Positions 37,901 through 46,789 of a stretch of 64,000 bases of DNA are shown piece after piece. The translations under genes and the position numbers were made by a program. Source of the DNA: a virus (Duplodnaviria > Caudoviricetes); the IMG/VR virus record IMGVR_UViG_3300028833_000074, positions 1-64,000 of that record; one strand, 5' to 3'. The notes under the pieces were generated by a model. That model made no database searches and was not told the origin of the DNA. It saw only the letters and a list, made by a program, of their open reading frames with translations. Position 1 is the stretch's first letter. Each line of letters opens with the position of its first letter.

Positions 37901-40165
37901 ATACAAGAAAGCAATAAGGAATTTAATATTGCAATTCCAAATACATACATTGGTAATCATACACTTGAATTATTTTATCATGATTCAGAAATTTTCAGTA
38001 ATTATCACAAAAAATTTGTTTTTGAAATATTACCAAAAACACTTGAATTACATATGGATGATATCGATGTTACGTTGGATAATGATATCGATATTACATT
38101 ACAATTAAATGATATAACAAATGGCTTTATTAAATTTTATATTGGTGATGTTTATACAAATGATAATAACGAATACGAGTTAATTGATAATAACTTAAAA
38201 TTTATTGGCATTGAACAAATTACTGATACAATCATTACTTATTCATATCAATTACCATCAACATTATATTATAATAAATATTATATTAAAGCAGTTTTTG
38301 AAGGCAATAATCAATATGGCGCTTCTGAAACAACATGCTTATTAAATATTATACCACAAGAAACTGTTTTATCTATCCAATCTGATACATATACTGATGA
38401 TGAGTTCCAACGTCCTATTATTGAAGCGACATACCAAGAAACTATTGATATTATAGTTACGAGTAATATTGTAAGCCAAGAGCCTATTTATTTGTATATT
38501 AATAATAAATATATCGGTGAATTATTATTAAATAATTATGAAGGTTTATATCATCTCCCATTGCCAAAAGAATATGTCGAAGGCGAATATGAAATTAAAG
38601 CGGAATATTTAGGTAGTGCAGTTATAAAACCTCAAACAACTTATGCAACATTAAAAATTAATAAATTTACTCCAATCATTCAAACATTAGAATATAATGC
38701 ATATATTGGTGGAGAATTAACGTTAGATAATATTTTATTAGATAATAATAACATACCAATTTATCAAGGTTCTTTAGCATGCACATTAAATAATAATGAT
38801 ATTACAGTATATCCAAGCGTTAGCAAAACTATTACATTGGATAATAATTGCATTCATGATAGTGTGATTACATTAAAGTATGAACCATCAGAAAGTGATG
38901 TTAATAAATTTAACGCATTTGAACAAGATATCTCACTTATTATGAATAAAAATGATTTAAAAATTAATATGCATACTATTCCAGAAGTATATCGTGGTGA
39001 TATTTTTGATGTGCGTTTTGAAGTTACAAGTGAAACAACTACATTGCCAATTAATATTGATGGTTACATTAATGATGAAAACATCTCTATTATTGAAGGT
39101 ATATGCGAATCACAATTAAGTATTGATGTCGAAGAGACTTATAATCGTAGATATACTTTTACTATTAGCATCCCAGAAAATGATATTTTTAATACATTAG
39201 AATCATATCATTTTGATGTGATGTGTCGTAATTATCAAAAGGTTTATGTGGATTATGATACGACAAATAATCATAACATTAATAGTGGTCAAATGGCTCA
39301 TACCATTGAAAAAGGATTAGATTTAGTTGCAGATAATGGAACAATTTATCTATACTCTGATATTACCGATGAAAATATCATTATTGATAAGCGTGTACAT
39401 TTAACTACTGCAGATAATCAACCATGTGTTGAATTTAATCAAGTCCATATTAATAGTGATGCATCATTTAATTTATACAATGTTATTTGTAATAATACAA
39501 CCATACATACTACCAATGCTACATCAATTGATAATTGTAGTTTTATCAATAATGATGATACTGCTATATTAGTGGAGAATGGTGAGTTATATATCAATAA
39601 TACTTTATTCAATAATAACCATGCTACAAATGGTGCGTGTATTTATGTAAGCAATAAAAATAAAAATACAGAAATTACAAATTGTACTTTTACTAACAAT
39701 AGTGCAGATATTTATGGTGGTGCAATTTATTCTGATAAAGGTAATAATGTATTAATCAGTCATTGTATATTTAGACATAATAGCGCTACAAATGGTGCAT
39801 CTATCTATATTAATGGTAATGGTGTTATTTCTGAAAATAATTTTTATGAAAACAATGGTACATCTGAAATTATGATTATCGCTGGTATTATTGAAAGTAT
39901 GTTGAATTTATTCGATGGTAATATTTGCGCTTTTAAAAACAATGGATATATCACTTCTAATATGTGTTATTGGGGTACAAATGATATTATAGAGATTGAA
40001 GATGCATTGTACAATAATAATCTAAATAATAATCAAATCATCATTGACTCATGGTTAATTATGACAGATAACATTATTAATAAATATACCACAAAAGATG
40101 CTCCAGATATACAAACAACTATCAATACAATAAATTACATTGAGTTTGATGGGGGTTCTAAATAA
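28979..40165 (+). CDS. Giant baseplate-anchored adhesin-like protein (many Ig-like domains, three beta-helix modules)
   Basis: ~3,728 aa. N-terminal 'LDTLGELLSLPRR' is baseplate-wedge-like. Repeated Ig-like units (G.V.FYI......G.Y.I.A.Y.G...Y..S). Beta-helix modules end in NNWWGSN / YCWFGTN / MCYWGTN, with GGAIY/NGACIY repeats. Confidence 0.8.
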   Translation: MQYSDINFHNDFRGNLRQTAWSSLFPYWYTEDDFLKTIGDEIELIKAQGVFKLLNIGVKPPIMIWQTSLNHEEYHINQHITEEENIIQITAPLYKTWGIIEITSNSELSNLQIMINDNDGIVIPIDIPKNAQIYLDLENQLFYLNNKQINVLTFGQGMPYFITSRHNKVYNHDTPLHNEVINLTFSSKDPIDLDVDVLLKNVVFENEQNIEVTSLESLPIEKIVLYAKYDFPYNPDVNGWKKVYEKKYQSDTHVVYDMITTRFYTKKFYAEVWFKGIDYPYTVGFPAYKDADASSMYHVNSELDTLGELLSLPRRIYKTDIPEEDYPFTFPIFYPFDIEQDYWYYSRLVNEYCYNDLAIDSVDILDTDNTPVVRLHSINPFVEDFVVYSHSSYPIDYKNINYHEYIPSFVSEVNDKLGHTSHHNIENLLKYDDYYTYNNLLSKSNNNISYESYKSKPLLMWFNTSDLPEDVNITGFEIILDAESTDNAFTKYNDERTNLFITPDTLYGQIQSSGHFELTRKNIVYGGKNELFELEYLPENDSHIIQKIIIKPFSGHPKQLMEIPFVYYEDDKIIDNINDVFVVFYDDNNECIESKQGYYYSELRNDKTYRYIEVEVPNADNIKNISILSTTNLYHPFNVNVEVDMENDSFEGPIDDDENIHTETFDKEWDTGNLRDLLNEYGLYFNYALTNDSENNTSTVLLHNATLRIYHTPKTSHFKLDTNIINASRLNNTAQLEVQITNNGEKTLNTHIDIISASNLKLSNNYIEVNLQSGDSIVEVIDIKPEYNIQDGIYDIITICEDQSKTNYMKITSGGLIRTNVILKPHFTKINKQVTLTAQVQTINKDTINGSPNKIEFYINNFYVGESIVNQNQAEYTIIPSDYSFINAGNAKLTAKFIDGSKYTTSYAHNNIFIDKNDITIDINTEDTIIQGKPYYIRANVTYVDDNGVRHNVEEGTITAFINDVELFTKELNNGVLEAYPIIDENAGDAILTIRYNNTDKYPQSEISKNVVIVGGTTQVTVFDASGKPNDNVTIKVKVTDTNNVAVPSGYLDYTISAPDIEDIILTDREIHNGIDEINITIPSNIIIEDDDVRILDVTVNYHNLQSNNMTDDTLFNNSQGVGHIYVKKGDVLIQDSILFNASAYEPLGFYVKVIDANTGEPIPEGQVTITIPRQNNITITTDVDEDGGARLLYNPIQFTADEWNKLERTRFIICDSDPQALDNNSEPLYNENHPYEIYYSQDSDLYYLYDYTEDEEPTCELLQRIGRDNSVNLLDFYIVDGVLYYQSNYDDDIEHIYIDEDGYLYARAANDSLRQYNEGVFDIIIDYNGGYQYKNQFAESKIKISIPQIDVDMHSYNMSYNNPINVKSYITEYSWDIHTPTQWIQEGTVNYYIDGKLLDSANVINGLAILSTNKLLSIPHGKHLLTAEFVADMPTYTHVLLNIEQITPIIEPQFDRIFSNKKSELDVYVRTPNNFEVSGDLSVYIDDVEIGYVLLTGEEDGHAHFTIQMPNLENEVHILKITYSGNDYIRSHEIEQVLRPEQLEVTTICESHIITTPENTIQIPVQITSRDNDNISEGYVALFNIENDQEIARTFMTNNRGMLTLTAPNDYGNYQYSVQYKNGVNYKDDEFHIIDVQVIEGQEIVYADGNTDPENTGHYIDLITAMRAVVNNGTVYLTNEEKNTGVINNDYYFTKDVNIIGTNGAKITKDMSDLITNEDDIKMYHQDDFTDEDFAQMHKLDFLSKASLNTSEYRLINKDIYYINNNELVPVYIIDGDFYSTLNISKKHTTIYTNGHNINLHNIIFENNDVENDLLIYNNGVLTITYSIINDNIAIDNYDTLTINRSLMYGKLRLPSNNVDLNNNWWGSNEAPFNVDNHIILSISTLETPPVISESINVQLQLIGANGREYLLPAPYFKMYADSGIIAHEYGQLSNSKIITQYDDAVQEGKVYGEVDNQIVSLDVYDYDRKTEVILESIHKVPTNHQITLKAIVQSVADVFFKFDDNNNIIKQSNSINNGYVIFSLNNERIGKAYVQDGIAELPTFLSANVYSLGDAILSAKYIPSEYYFASDSNQHITIIDDNEYCFMSTFGDDNNNGTFNEPVQTLQRACELDKKILIKDGIYEGNHISIDKETHIEAYNDNVTFTNNTFINNDDLYITGINFKNNDNVIFENHGRLYINQCIFTDNQEYIVDNNDESITSIVDSVILDKNIVTDYSKLSTMEYCWFGTNEPNDSEQGPILDDYTINKYYIMSVESSKNIIYIGSVVRLVAMLQDVYDNGTIYHNKERPLPLRIAYFETDAGSLMPLKDYTYHKQATTLLNTNDNLNSNKVILTTPKNINYINQPLKLEIYVDEANGSPIQNGTITLNINDGNKTIVQHQKVTINHGIATYINDSINLTQGTYNLTCVYYDNATTYKGAYTFEVKRDEVQFNNIYIDNYDHIYELTFNADVVTNSGNIVEQQEVYCYIDDVMATNTLTNRNKFIINNGQALFNMIYNEIPAGVHTLTITNENCSSSYETFKFTTKFTAYEKETTIHFNYNGIEQNVPTDLLISVTDNNAKIIDGDISIYINDEIVEQDNQTTFALNNGQYVLQDVQLTQGQYSIVIYYHGVTDYYQESIFVKNDFNVGIHAVHISNEGPITTYIGDEYIFDFNILDIYDNIVEIGMVNLYVNNNLINDTPINISENHHISYPFAISYLSAGVHNLTVEYIDDSNAYLNTNIYLDMIVNKIDTIISIEPIDSYPNANVNVNYDIHTNSNNMVNSGILIAKLEDKIIGQAQVSDIINRYITLNIPFKPSGNYDIIFEYYDADNKYANNSITVPLIIKNGSINITTSHDSYYPNQEFPLEIRITDDNDDAVNYGFVSLYIDNVRESDPLPVKYGEVRYPLLLKQIRDYPITIVYEGNEYYQETTYTQNIAVNNIQIRDINIVEELKSLPDTKHDYHLTFTTMDDYNVYDGIIDFIFDSDVIHSYYIQESNKEFNIAIPNTYIGNHTLELFYHDSEIFSNYHKKFVFEILPKTLELHMDDIDVTLDNDIDITLQLNDITNGFIKFYIGDVYTNDNNEYELIDNNLKFIGIEQITDTIITYSYQLPSTLYYNKYYIKAVFEGNNQYGASETTCLLNIIPQETVLSIQSDTYTDDEFQRPIIEATYQETIDIIVTSNIVSQEPIYLYINNKYIGELLLNNYEGLYHLPLPKEYVEGEYEIKAEYLGSAVIKPQTTYATLKINKFTPIIQTLEYNAYIGGELTLDNILLDNNNIPIYQGSLACTLNNNDITVYPSVSKTITLDNNCIHDSVITLKYEPSESDVNKFNAFEQDISLIMNKNDLKINMHTIPEVYRGDIFDVRFEVTSETTTLPINIDGYINDENISIIEGICESQLSIDVEETYNRRYTFTISIPENDIFNTLESYHFDVMCRNYQKVYVDYDTTNNHNINSGQMAHTIEKGLDLVADNGTIYLYSDITDENIIIDKRVHLTTADNQPCVEFNQVHINSDASFNLYNVICNNTTIHTTNATSIDNCSFINNDDTAILVENGELYINNTLFNNNHATNGACIYVSNKNKNTEITNCTFTNNSADIYGGAIYSDKGNNVLISHCIFRHNSATNGASIYINGNGVISENNFYENNGTSEIMIIAGIIESMLNLFDGNICAFKNNGYITSNMCYWGTNDIIEIEDALYNNNLNNNQIIIDSWLIMTDNIINKYTTKDAPDIQTTINTINYIEFDGGSK

Positions 40166-41733
40166 TGACAACACATACAATTAAATTTACCGATACAGAT
40201 AATTATTTAAAAGCCACTATTGATAAACAAACACTTGATATTGATGTCAAAAAAATTATCAAATTACCTACATATATCAATGTATTAAACACATTAGATA
40301 CAGCACTAAATAATGATATACAAATAAAAGCATCATTATACGCAACAGACGATGAAGATACAATAAATATTATAAAAGGTAATGTATCTATTTCAATTTT
40401 AGACAAAAACATGTCACTATTATATCAACATATTGTCAGTTTTGATAAACAATATATTCTTGATAACATTGTTAATAATTTTGACTTTGGTGAATATTAT
40501 CTTAAAATTGAATACTTTGGCAATCAATACTATTTACCTTGTGAGTATTTAACATCTTTTACTATCAGTAAACGTTATATTAATTATAACATATTTGCGG
40601 ATAATGTTTATGGATATCCTAATGAAAATATAGATTTTACATTAAAATTATATGATTTTCAAACAAATCGACCGGTATCATGCGACATCAAATATACTAT
40701 TAATGGTCTTGAATATTTTACATCTACTGATGAATCCGGCATTGCAATATTACATGTTACAGTACCGGATATCAATCCAGATAAATGTCATCAATTTCTT
40801 AAACAAATACAAAATACACCACAAGAAATGACGACATATACCGAAGAAGAATATTATAATGATGAAGGCAACATTAGAATATTAAAGTCATTTAATGTTA
40901 TTTTTGATGATATGCAAATTGATGCTGACCATAAAGGATATATTTTTGATGATAATGAAGAAATATTGTGGTTTGACCAAGCATATTATAAAGATATGGA
41001 TGAAAATTATCTACCGGAATATGACCCAGATAACATTATTAATGATGAAATACCTACAAACAATAATCAATATCTTTATGGTTATCCAATAGAAATTGAG
41101 ATTATTGACGATATATACTATAGAGAAAACATTATACAATATATATATGCAAACAAAATTAATACGCAAATTGGTATTAGCATCATTAAAAATAATAATG
41201 GTATCACTACTATTGAAGGTAATATTATTGGCTCAAATAATACTGATGTTCAATATGGAATAATATCATTATCTATTAGAAATAATGATGTTGTATCAAG
41301 TATGGTTGATAAAAATGGGCATTTTATTTTAGAATGGGAAACTAATAATATTTTTGGAAACGAAAATAACAACATCGATAATTACACAGAATATAGTTAT
41401 GCCCTTAATAAACGCAATGTCAATCTAACAATAACGCAAGATAGCACCAATGAATATCAAGTTGGTCATACATTGCGATTTATAGCACAAGTAACCACAC
41501 AAGGTGATAACAAACCAATTGTTGATGGTATGGTATTTTTTACAATACATGATGTAAATAAAAATAATAATGAAATTTATCGCTTACCAACAGAACTAAA
41601 TAATAATGGGGAGGCTATGTTGCTATTTGATGTATCTACAGCCGGCAAATATTATGTGCAAGCACATTATTGTGGCATATTTGAATATCTTGATGCAGAT
41701 AGCGATACAATAAATTATACAATAACAAAATAG
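40165..41733 (+). CDS. Ig-like domain virion protein
   Basis: 'GEYYLKIEYFGNQYYLP' and 'AGKYYVQAHYCG' are Ig-like motifs. Translationally coupled to the upstream gene. Confidence 0.65.
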   Translation: MTTHTIKFTDTDNYLKATIDKQTLDIDVKKIIKLPTYINVLNTLDTALNNDIQIKASLYATDDEDTINIIKGNVSISILDKNMSLLYQHIVSFDKQYILDNIVNNFDFGEYYLKIEYFGNQYYLPCEYLTSFTISKRYINYNIFADNVYGYPNENIDFTLKLYDFQTNRPVSCDIKYTINGLEYFTSTDESGIAILHVTVPDINPDKCHQFLKQIQNTPQEMTTYTEEEYYNDEGNIRILKSFNVIFDDMQIDADHKGYIFDDNEEILWFDQAYYKDMDENYLPEYDPDNIINDEIPTNNNQYLYGYPIEIEIIDDIYYRENIIQYIYANKINTQIGISIIKNNNGITTIEGNIIGSNNTDVQYGIISLSIRNNDVVSSMVDKNGHFILEWETNNIFGNENNNIDNYTEYSYALNKRNVNLTITQDSTNEYQVGHTLRFIAQVTTQGDNKPIVDGMVFFTIHDVNKNNNEIYRLPTELNNNGEAMLLFDVSTAGKYYVQAHYCGIFEYLDADSDTINYTITK

Positions 41734-41740
41734 TGATACA

Positions 41741-42568
41741 ATGACATATCAAAAATCATTAGGAAGAGTAAAAGGAGACAGAGGTGCTATTTTAATTCCA
41801 ACAATAACCGATGAAGTAACACATTCTATCATTAGTTGGGAAGCAGATGACCATAAATACGATGGATTAGCGCCAGCACCAACCGAAATTAAACCATTAT
41901 ATTATATACCATATATGACAAATGATGGTATTTTATACTGGGGAACCAATAAAGATAAAGGTATTAATCAGACAACTGGTAGACCAATACCACCAGATAA
42001 TGTGACATTACCACCAGATACTAATTTAATAGGTCCAATGGGTCCTATTGGTAGTAGTAGCATAAGAATTGAAGTGGTTCATAATGAAAATCCTAACATT
42101 ACAGACCCTATACAAATTATCAAAGAAAATTGTAATGATATACAAGAAGGTAATATTTTTCTTGTTGGGGAGGAAGCATGGATATATGACGCACAATCTG
42201 ATACAAGTCATTTAAACGCCGAAAATAATGGACAACCAGTATATCATTATGATGACAATGCATTTTATCGCATTGAATCTCCAATAGATTTATCCAATTA
42301 TTATAATAAAACTGAAATGGATGAAAATTATTATAACAAAATGTGCATCAACAATAAATTAGGTGATATTGAAAATACACAACAAATTATTAAAAATGTT
42401 CTTAATAATATGGAAATAGATGCTGAAGACCCTAATGTATATGAATATGCAGACCTTAAACAACAAGTAACTGATATTTTGGATGAATTATTGGTGTTAA
42501 TGGATAGACTTAATGAAATACAAAACCAATTAGACAATATGCAAGGACAAGACTCAACAACACCATAG
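41741..42568 (+). CDS. Tail fibre-associated protein
   Basis: 'SLGRVKGDRG', short collagen-like 'GPMGPIG', 'DLSNYYNKTEMD', C-terminal coiled coil. Confidence 0.6.
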   Translation: MTYQKSLGRVKGDRGAILIPTITDEVTHSIISWEADDHKYDGLAPAPTEIKPLYYIPYMTNDGILYWGTNKDKGINQTTGRPIPPDNVTLPPDTNLIGPMGPIGSSSIRIEVVHNENPNITDPIQIIKENCNDIQEGNIFLVGEEAWIYDAQSDTSHLNAENNGQPVYHYDDNAFYRIESPIDLSNYYNKTEMDENYYNKMCINNKLGDIENTQQIIKNVLNNMEIDAEDPNVYEYADLKQQVTDILDELLVLMDRLNEIQNQLDNMQGQDSTTP

Positions 42569-42578
42569 GTGACAAAAA

Positions 42579-43973
42579 ATGCCGGATGACTGTAGTGCTT
42601 TTAATAATATTATAGAAAATTATAATCAAATTTCACATGAATTTTATAATTTAAAAATGCTCCTTGTATTTAAATTACAAAATCATGGAGTAAGAGATGC
42701 AAGCATGAGTTTGTCTTTTGAGCAATTAATTCATATGGTACATAATATTCCATCTGTGTTATGCGATGTTGATGGCAATATCAAACCTACAAATGATATT
42801 TACCAAGATATACATTTAGATGATATTTCCAGATATAATCTTGAATTATATCAAAGAATTTTACATTATATTAAATGGTTAAAATACTATTTATTGTTAA
42901 AAGGTGTGCCAATTGAAGATGTTACCAATGCTCAAACATTAAGAGATTATATTGTTCTTATTCCTAAAATACTACGTATTAAAAGTACTATTTTTAATGC
43001 ACAATATAATCAATTAGATGAAAATGATGCACCTACAAACAAAATTTATGTTGGTAAGGATAATCCAATTGATATAACACTTATGAGTGAAGATTTTGAA
43101 GATATTAATGATGGATATATTATTGTAGAAGAAGATGGCGAAATCATTCAACGTACACAACCATCAAACAATATTGACACAAATCAATTACAAATAATGC
43201 TTGTACCTAAACAATTAGGCGAACATACATATACATTCTATTATGAAGGTACAGAACAATATCTTGAAAGCCGACATGTTGATTTAATATTAGATGTACA
43301 AAAAGGTATTGTACAAATTCATGTATCTATGACAAATATTACAGAAGAAAGTAATTATTATGATAGCGCTGATGCTGGATATATTAATGATAATTGGGAT
43401 ATAAATGTTACAACAACTACAGAAAACGATACACCAATTCCTAATGTACCTCTAACAATGATAGTGCATGATGATGTTAATCGTACATGGTCTATAACAA
43501 CAGATGAAACTGGATATTGCAATGTTAATAATGACATTAATATTGAACACTTCACATTACATAAATATAATAGCGATAATGATAATCAACCTATATCCAT
43601 TGAATTCCAATCTAATTTAATGAATGATAGTATGTTTCTTGTTGGTTATGTTAATTATTTAATTAATGTTTATCATTATCCTTATACATTTGAACAAGAC
43701 AATGAATACGTCGGTGCTTCATCTTATACTTTTACATTAAATTTTGTTGATGAATTATCTGGTTCACCAGATTCACAATATAATGACAAATATATCAATG
43801 TATCACTTATGGATAACGAGCAACTTTTACAAGTACATGATAGCAAATGTCAATATGAATATCCGGCATCATTAAATATCGGAGAATATACTGTAATATG
43901 GGATTTTGTTGCTGAAGATGAAGAGGAAATCGATTGGGATGATATGACAAATGGGGATGAATCAAATGGTTAA
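42579..43973 (+). CDS. Tail fibre/adhesin protein with duplicated N-terminal anchor helices and Ig-like domains
   Basis: 'LQNHGV..SFEQLIHMVHNI' and 'LLKGV..TLRDYIVLIPKI'; Ig motif 'GEHTYTFYYEGTEQYLES'. Confidence 0.6.
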   Translation: MPDDCSAFNNIIENYNQISHEFYNLKMLLVFKLQNHGVRDASMSLSFEQLIHMVHNIPSVLCDVDGNIKPTNDIYQDIHLDDISRYNLELYQRILHYIKWLKYYLLLKGVPIEDVTNAQTLRDYIVLIPKILRIKSTIFNAQYNQLDENDAPTNKIYVGKDNPIDITLMSEDFEDINDGYIIVEEDGEIIQRTQPSNNIDTNQLQIMLVPKQLGEHTYTFYYEGTEQYLESRHVDLILDVQKGIVQIHVSMTNITEESNYYDSADAGYINDNWDINVTTTTENDTPIPNVPLTMIVHDDVNRTWSITTDETGYCNVNNDINIEHFTLHKYNSDNDNQPISIEFQSNLMNDSMFLVGYVNYLINVYHYPYTFEQDNEYVGASSYTFTLNFVDELSGSPDSQYNDKYINVSLMDNEQLLQVHDSKCQYEYPASLNIGEYTVIWDFVAEDEEEIDWDDMTNGDESNG

Positions 43974-45888
43974 CGAAAATACATTGACATTAATACAAAA
44001 TGCAATAATTAAATCTAATTTTAACATACCGGATACAGATACATTTTATCGTAATGATTATCCACAAATTCAATATTTACCTTTTGGTTCTGTTGATACA
44101 AACGATGCATTACGTTTATATGCAAAAAATATTGAATTTACTGATGATATAAATGACCCAACTTTTATAAAAACTTTAGCACGAGAAGGAACTACTGTAT
44201 ATACAAATCAAGATGGATATATAGAGTATCCAGAGTTTTTTCAATATATTACATCTGCGGAATTAACTATTCAATCACAATACGAAACTATTACTTATTC
44301 ATATACCATTTTAGTACCTTATAAAATTGTTGAATGGGGATATGATAGAAAAAGTCATATCACATATCGTATTACTGTACGTGATAAAGAACATTTTGAT
44401 TATAATAATATAGCACATTATTTTAATTTTAATCACGACGATACATTGCAATATACATACACTTCACCAATTGAATATGATGATAGTTATCAGTTTACAA
44501 TAACTGCTGACTTGCTTGATGAACCAAATTTTGAAGGAAGTAATACATTATATTGTAATATTAATAATTATACAACAGAATATCATTTTAATCTTTATAA
44601 TAGAATATTCAATATTAGTGCAACTCAATTACAATTAGGTGACAGTAACCTTATTGTCAAAACCAATGAGAATATGCATAATGTTACCATTGAGATACCA
44701 GAAACTGGCAATACATTTACCATCGATAATTTCGACTATAATACACCAAAAAATTTTGATATAGAAATACATAATGCCGGTTCATATCACATCAACTTCA
44801 ATGGTTATAGAGAAACAGAAGTAGAGGAATATATTGAAGAATCTTATATCATAAATGTACTTACTGAAGATTTACCTTTGGTTTTATGTGAATCATTAAT
44901 TGATGATATTCATATGGAGAATTATCAATATCAACAACCTATACTGCAGTTTACCGATAATATAACAGAGGATATGTGCCGTATGGTAGGTGGTAGTACT
45001 GGAACAATATCATACACATTAGAAAATGATACTTATACATGTACAACTCAAGGTTGGAGTGCAGTTGATAATATCGCTATTACGCATGCACAATTTATTG
45101 AAGATAATATATATATACCTTTTACTTTTAAAACAACCTTTATTTATCAAGGCGATGAGAATAGCGCTATTTATCTTAAAGATAATGAACATAATTTTAT
45201 TAAAATTACTATGTATCCAGAGGGTTGGGAAATAACAAAGTCATTTGAAAATTTTGGTTATAATGATGATGCACCAAGTGGTTTTAATGGAACATATGAA
45301 TGTAATGTACGTTGTTATGGGCGCAATATATCACATTCTACTTTAAGATTTTACCAAGAACCTTTTACAAATGCGCTACAACAAGGCGACCATGTCACAT
45401 TAAGTCTTGAATTAGAAGGACAAAATCTACAATGTTACTGTACTACACCAACAAAAGAATATTCCTATCAAATAAATATTGATTATATTGATGTATTTAG
45501 TGGGTTTGAGGCTGGTATAAATATTGGATATTTAGGTACCAAGGATAGACATGGTTATATTCATAAATTTTATGATGTTTTTTATACTAATCCACAAACT
45601 CTTAATCAAAATTACTATATTACGTTACAATCTTCTGAAAAAATAAAAATTACCAATAGAGTTCCAATAACATTATATATAGATAATCCACGAAATGTCT
45701 TTTATGAAGATGATTTTGTGCTTACACGTGGATTCTATTATTATTGTTTTATTAAAGAGATTAGTCAACTTACGCTATCATCTGGCTCGCACACAATTTA
45801 TGCATCTTTCGCCGGCGATGAACGTTTTAATCCTTTCTTGCTTTCAAAATCAATTACTATATATAATGATATTGAAGATGACACATAA
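43966..45888 (+). CDS. Virion adhesin-like protein (beta-rich, C-terminal Ig-like domain)
   Basis: Overlaps the upstream stop. C-terminal 'GSHTIYASFAGDERFNP'. Start approximate. Confidence 0.55.
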   Translation: MVNENTLTLIQNAIIKSNFNIPDTDTFYRNDYPQIQYLPFGSVDTNDALRLYAKNIEFTDDINDPTFIKTLAREGTTVYTNQDGYIEYPEFFQYITSAELTIQSQYETITYSYTILVPYKIVEWGYDRKSHITYRITVRDKEHFDYNNIAHYFNFNHDDTLQYTYTSPIEYDDSYQFTITADLLDEPNFEGSNTLYCNINNYTTEYHFNLYNRIFNISATQLQLGDSNLIVKTNENMHNVTIEIPETGNTFTIDNFDYNTPKNFDIEIHNAGSYHINFNGYRETEVEEYIEESYIINVLTEDLPLVLCESLIDDIHMENYQYQQPILQFTDNITEDMCRMVGGSTGTISYTLENDTYTCTTQGWSAVDNIAITHAQFIEDNIYIPFTFKTTFIYQGDENSAIYLKDNEHNFIKITMYPEGWEITKSFENFGYNDDAPSGFNGTYECNVRCYGRNISHSTLRFYQEPFTNALQQGDHVTLSLELEGQNLQCYCTTPTKEYSYQINIDYIDVFSGFEAGINIGYLGTKDRHGYIHKFYDVFYTNPQTLNQNYYITLQSSEKIKITNRVPITLYIDNPRNVFYEDDFVLTRGFYYYCFIKEISQLTLSSGSHTIYASFAGDERFNPFLLSKSITIYNDIEDDT

Positions 45889-45917
45889 CCTACACCAATA
45901 TCATAGGAGCGATAATA

Positions 45918-46778
45918 ATGACCGATGACAATATTCCTAAAGCAACCCCAACCCGAAAAATATTTACAAACTTTAGAACATATATGCATACATGGTTTCC
46001 TTTCAAGGAAGAAGTAGAAGAGACTATTTCAAACCTAACAGAATCCACAAGCAATACAATAACAAACTATGCGGAATCTATAGATGAAACATTATCAAAA
46101 AAAGCCAACAAGACAGAATTACCAACAGCATTAAGCCAATTAGAAAACGATAAATCTTTCATCACTAAAAATGATGTTCAAGATAATCTGAATTCTACCA
46201 ATACACAATTACCATTAAGCGCAAAACAAGGTAAAGTATTAAAGGCATATATTGATGACAAAATGAATAATTTACTTAATAAAACATATCCTATCGGTAG
46301 TATTTATATGTCAGTCAATAATACCAATCCTTCACAATTATTTGGTGGTAGTTGGGTACAATTACAAAATCGTTTTTTATTAGGCGCCGGTACAGAATAT
46401 AGCAATGGTACTTCCGGTGGAAGTAAAGACGCAGTTGTTGTATCACATACACATACGCAAAACCCACATACCCACACATCTGCATCACATAATCATGGTA
46501 CAATAAGTTCAGAACATAATAAATTTTTAACTTATAATGGTACTAATATTGTTGTTAATAGTACTACTAGAAAATGGCCAGCAGCGGATACCGATGCAAC
46601 TGTACATTATGTATATACACAAGATGAAAATACGAATATCACAGAACATCTTACAACTGGCTCTACTTCAATTACTATACAAAATAATACAGCAAGCAAT
46701 CAATATGCTGGTGAAGATGGTACCGGTAAAAATATGCCACCATATCTTGTTGTATATATGTGGAAACGAGTAGCATAA
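45918..46778 (+). CDS. Tail fibre protein with a baseplate gp10-like/collar C-terminal domain
   Basis: 'LSAKQGKVL' tail repeat; 'YPIGSIYMSVNNTNPSQLFGGSW...RFLLGAG...HTH...NMPPYLVVYMWKRVA'. Confidence 0.8.
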   Translation: MTDDNIPKATPTRKIFTNFRTYMHTWFPFKEEVEETISNLTESTSNTITNYAESIDETLSKKANKTELPTALSQLENDKSFITKNDVQDNLNSTNTQLPLSAKQGKVLKAYIDDKMNNLLNKTYPIGSIYMSVNNTNPSQLFGGSWVQLQNRFLLGAGTEYSNGTSGGSKDAVVVSHTHTQNPHTHTSASHNHGTISSEHNKFLTYNGTNIVVNSTTRKWPAADTDATVHYVYTQDENTNITEHLTTGSTSITIQNNTASNQYAGEDGTGKNMPPYLVVYMWKRVA

Positions 46779-46789
46779 GGTGATAACAA

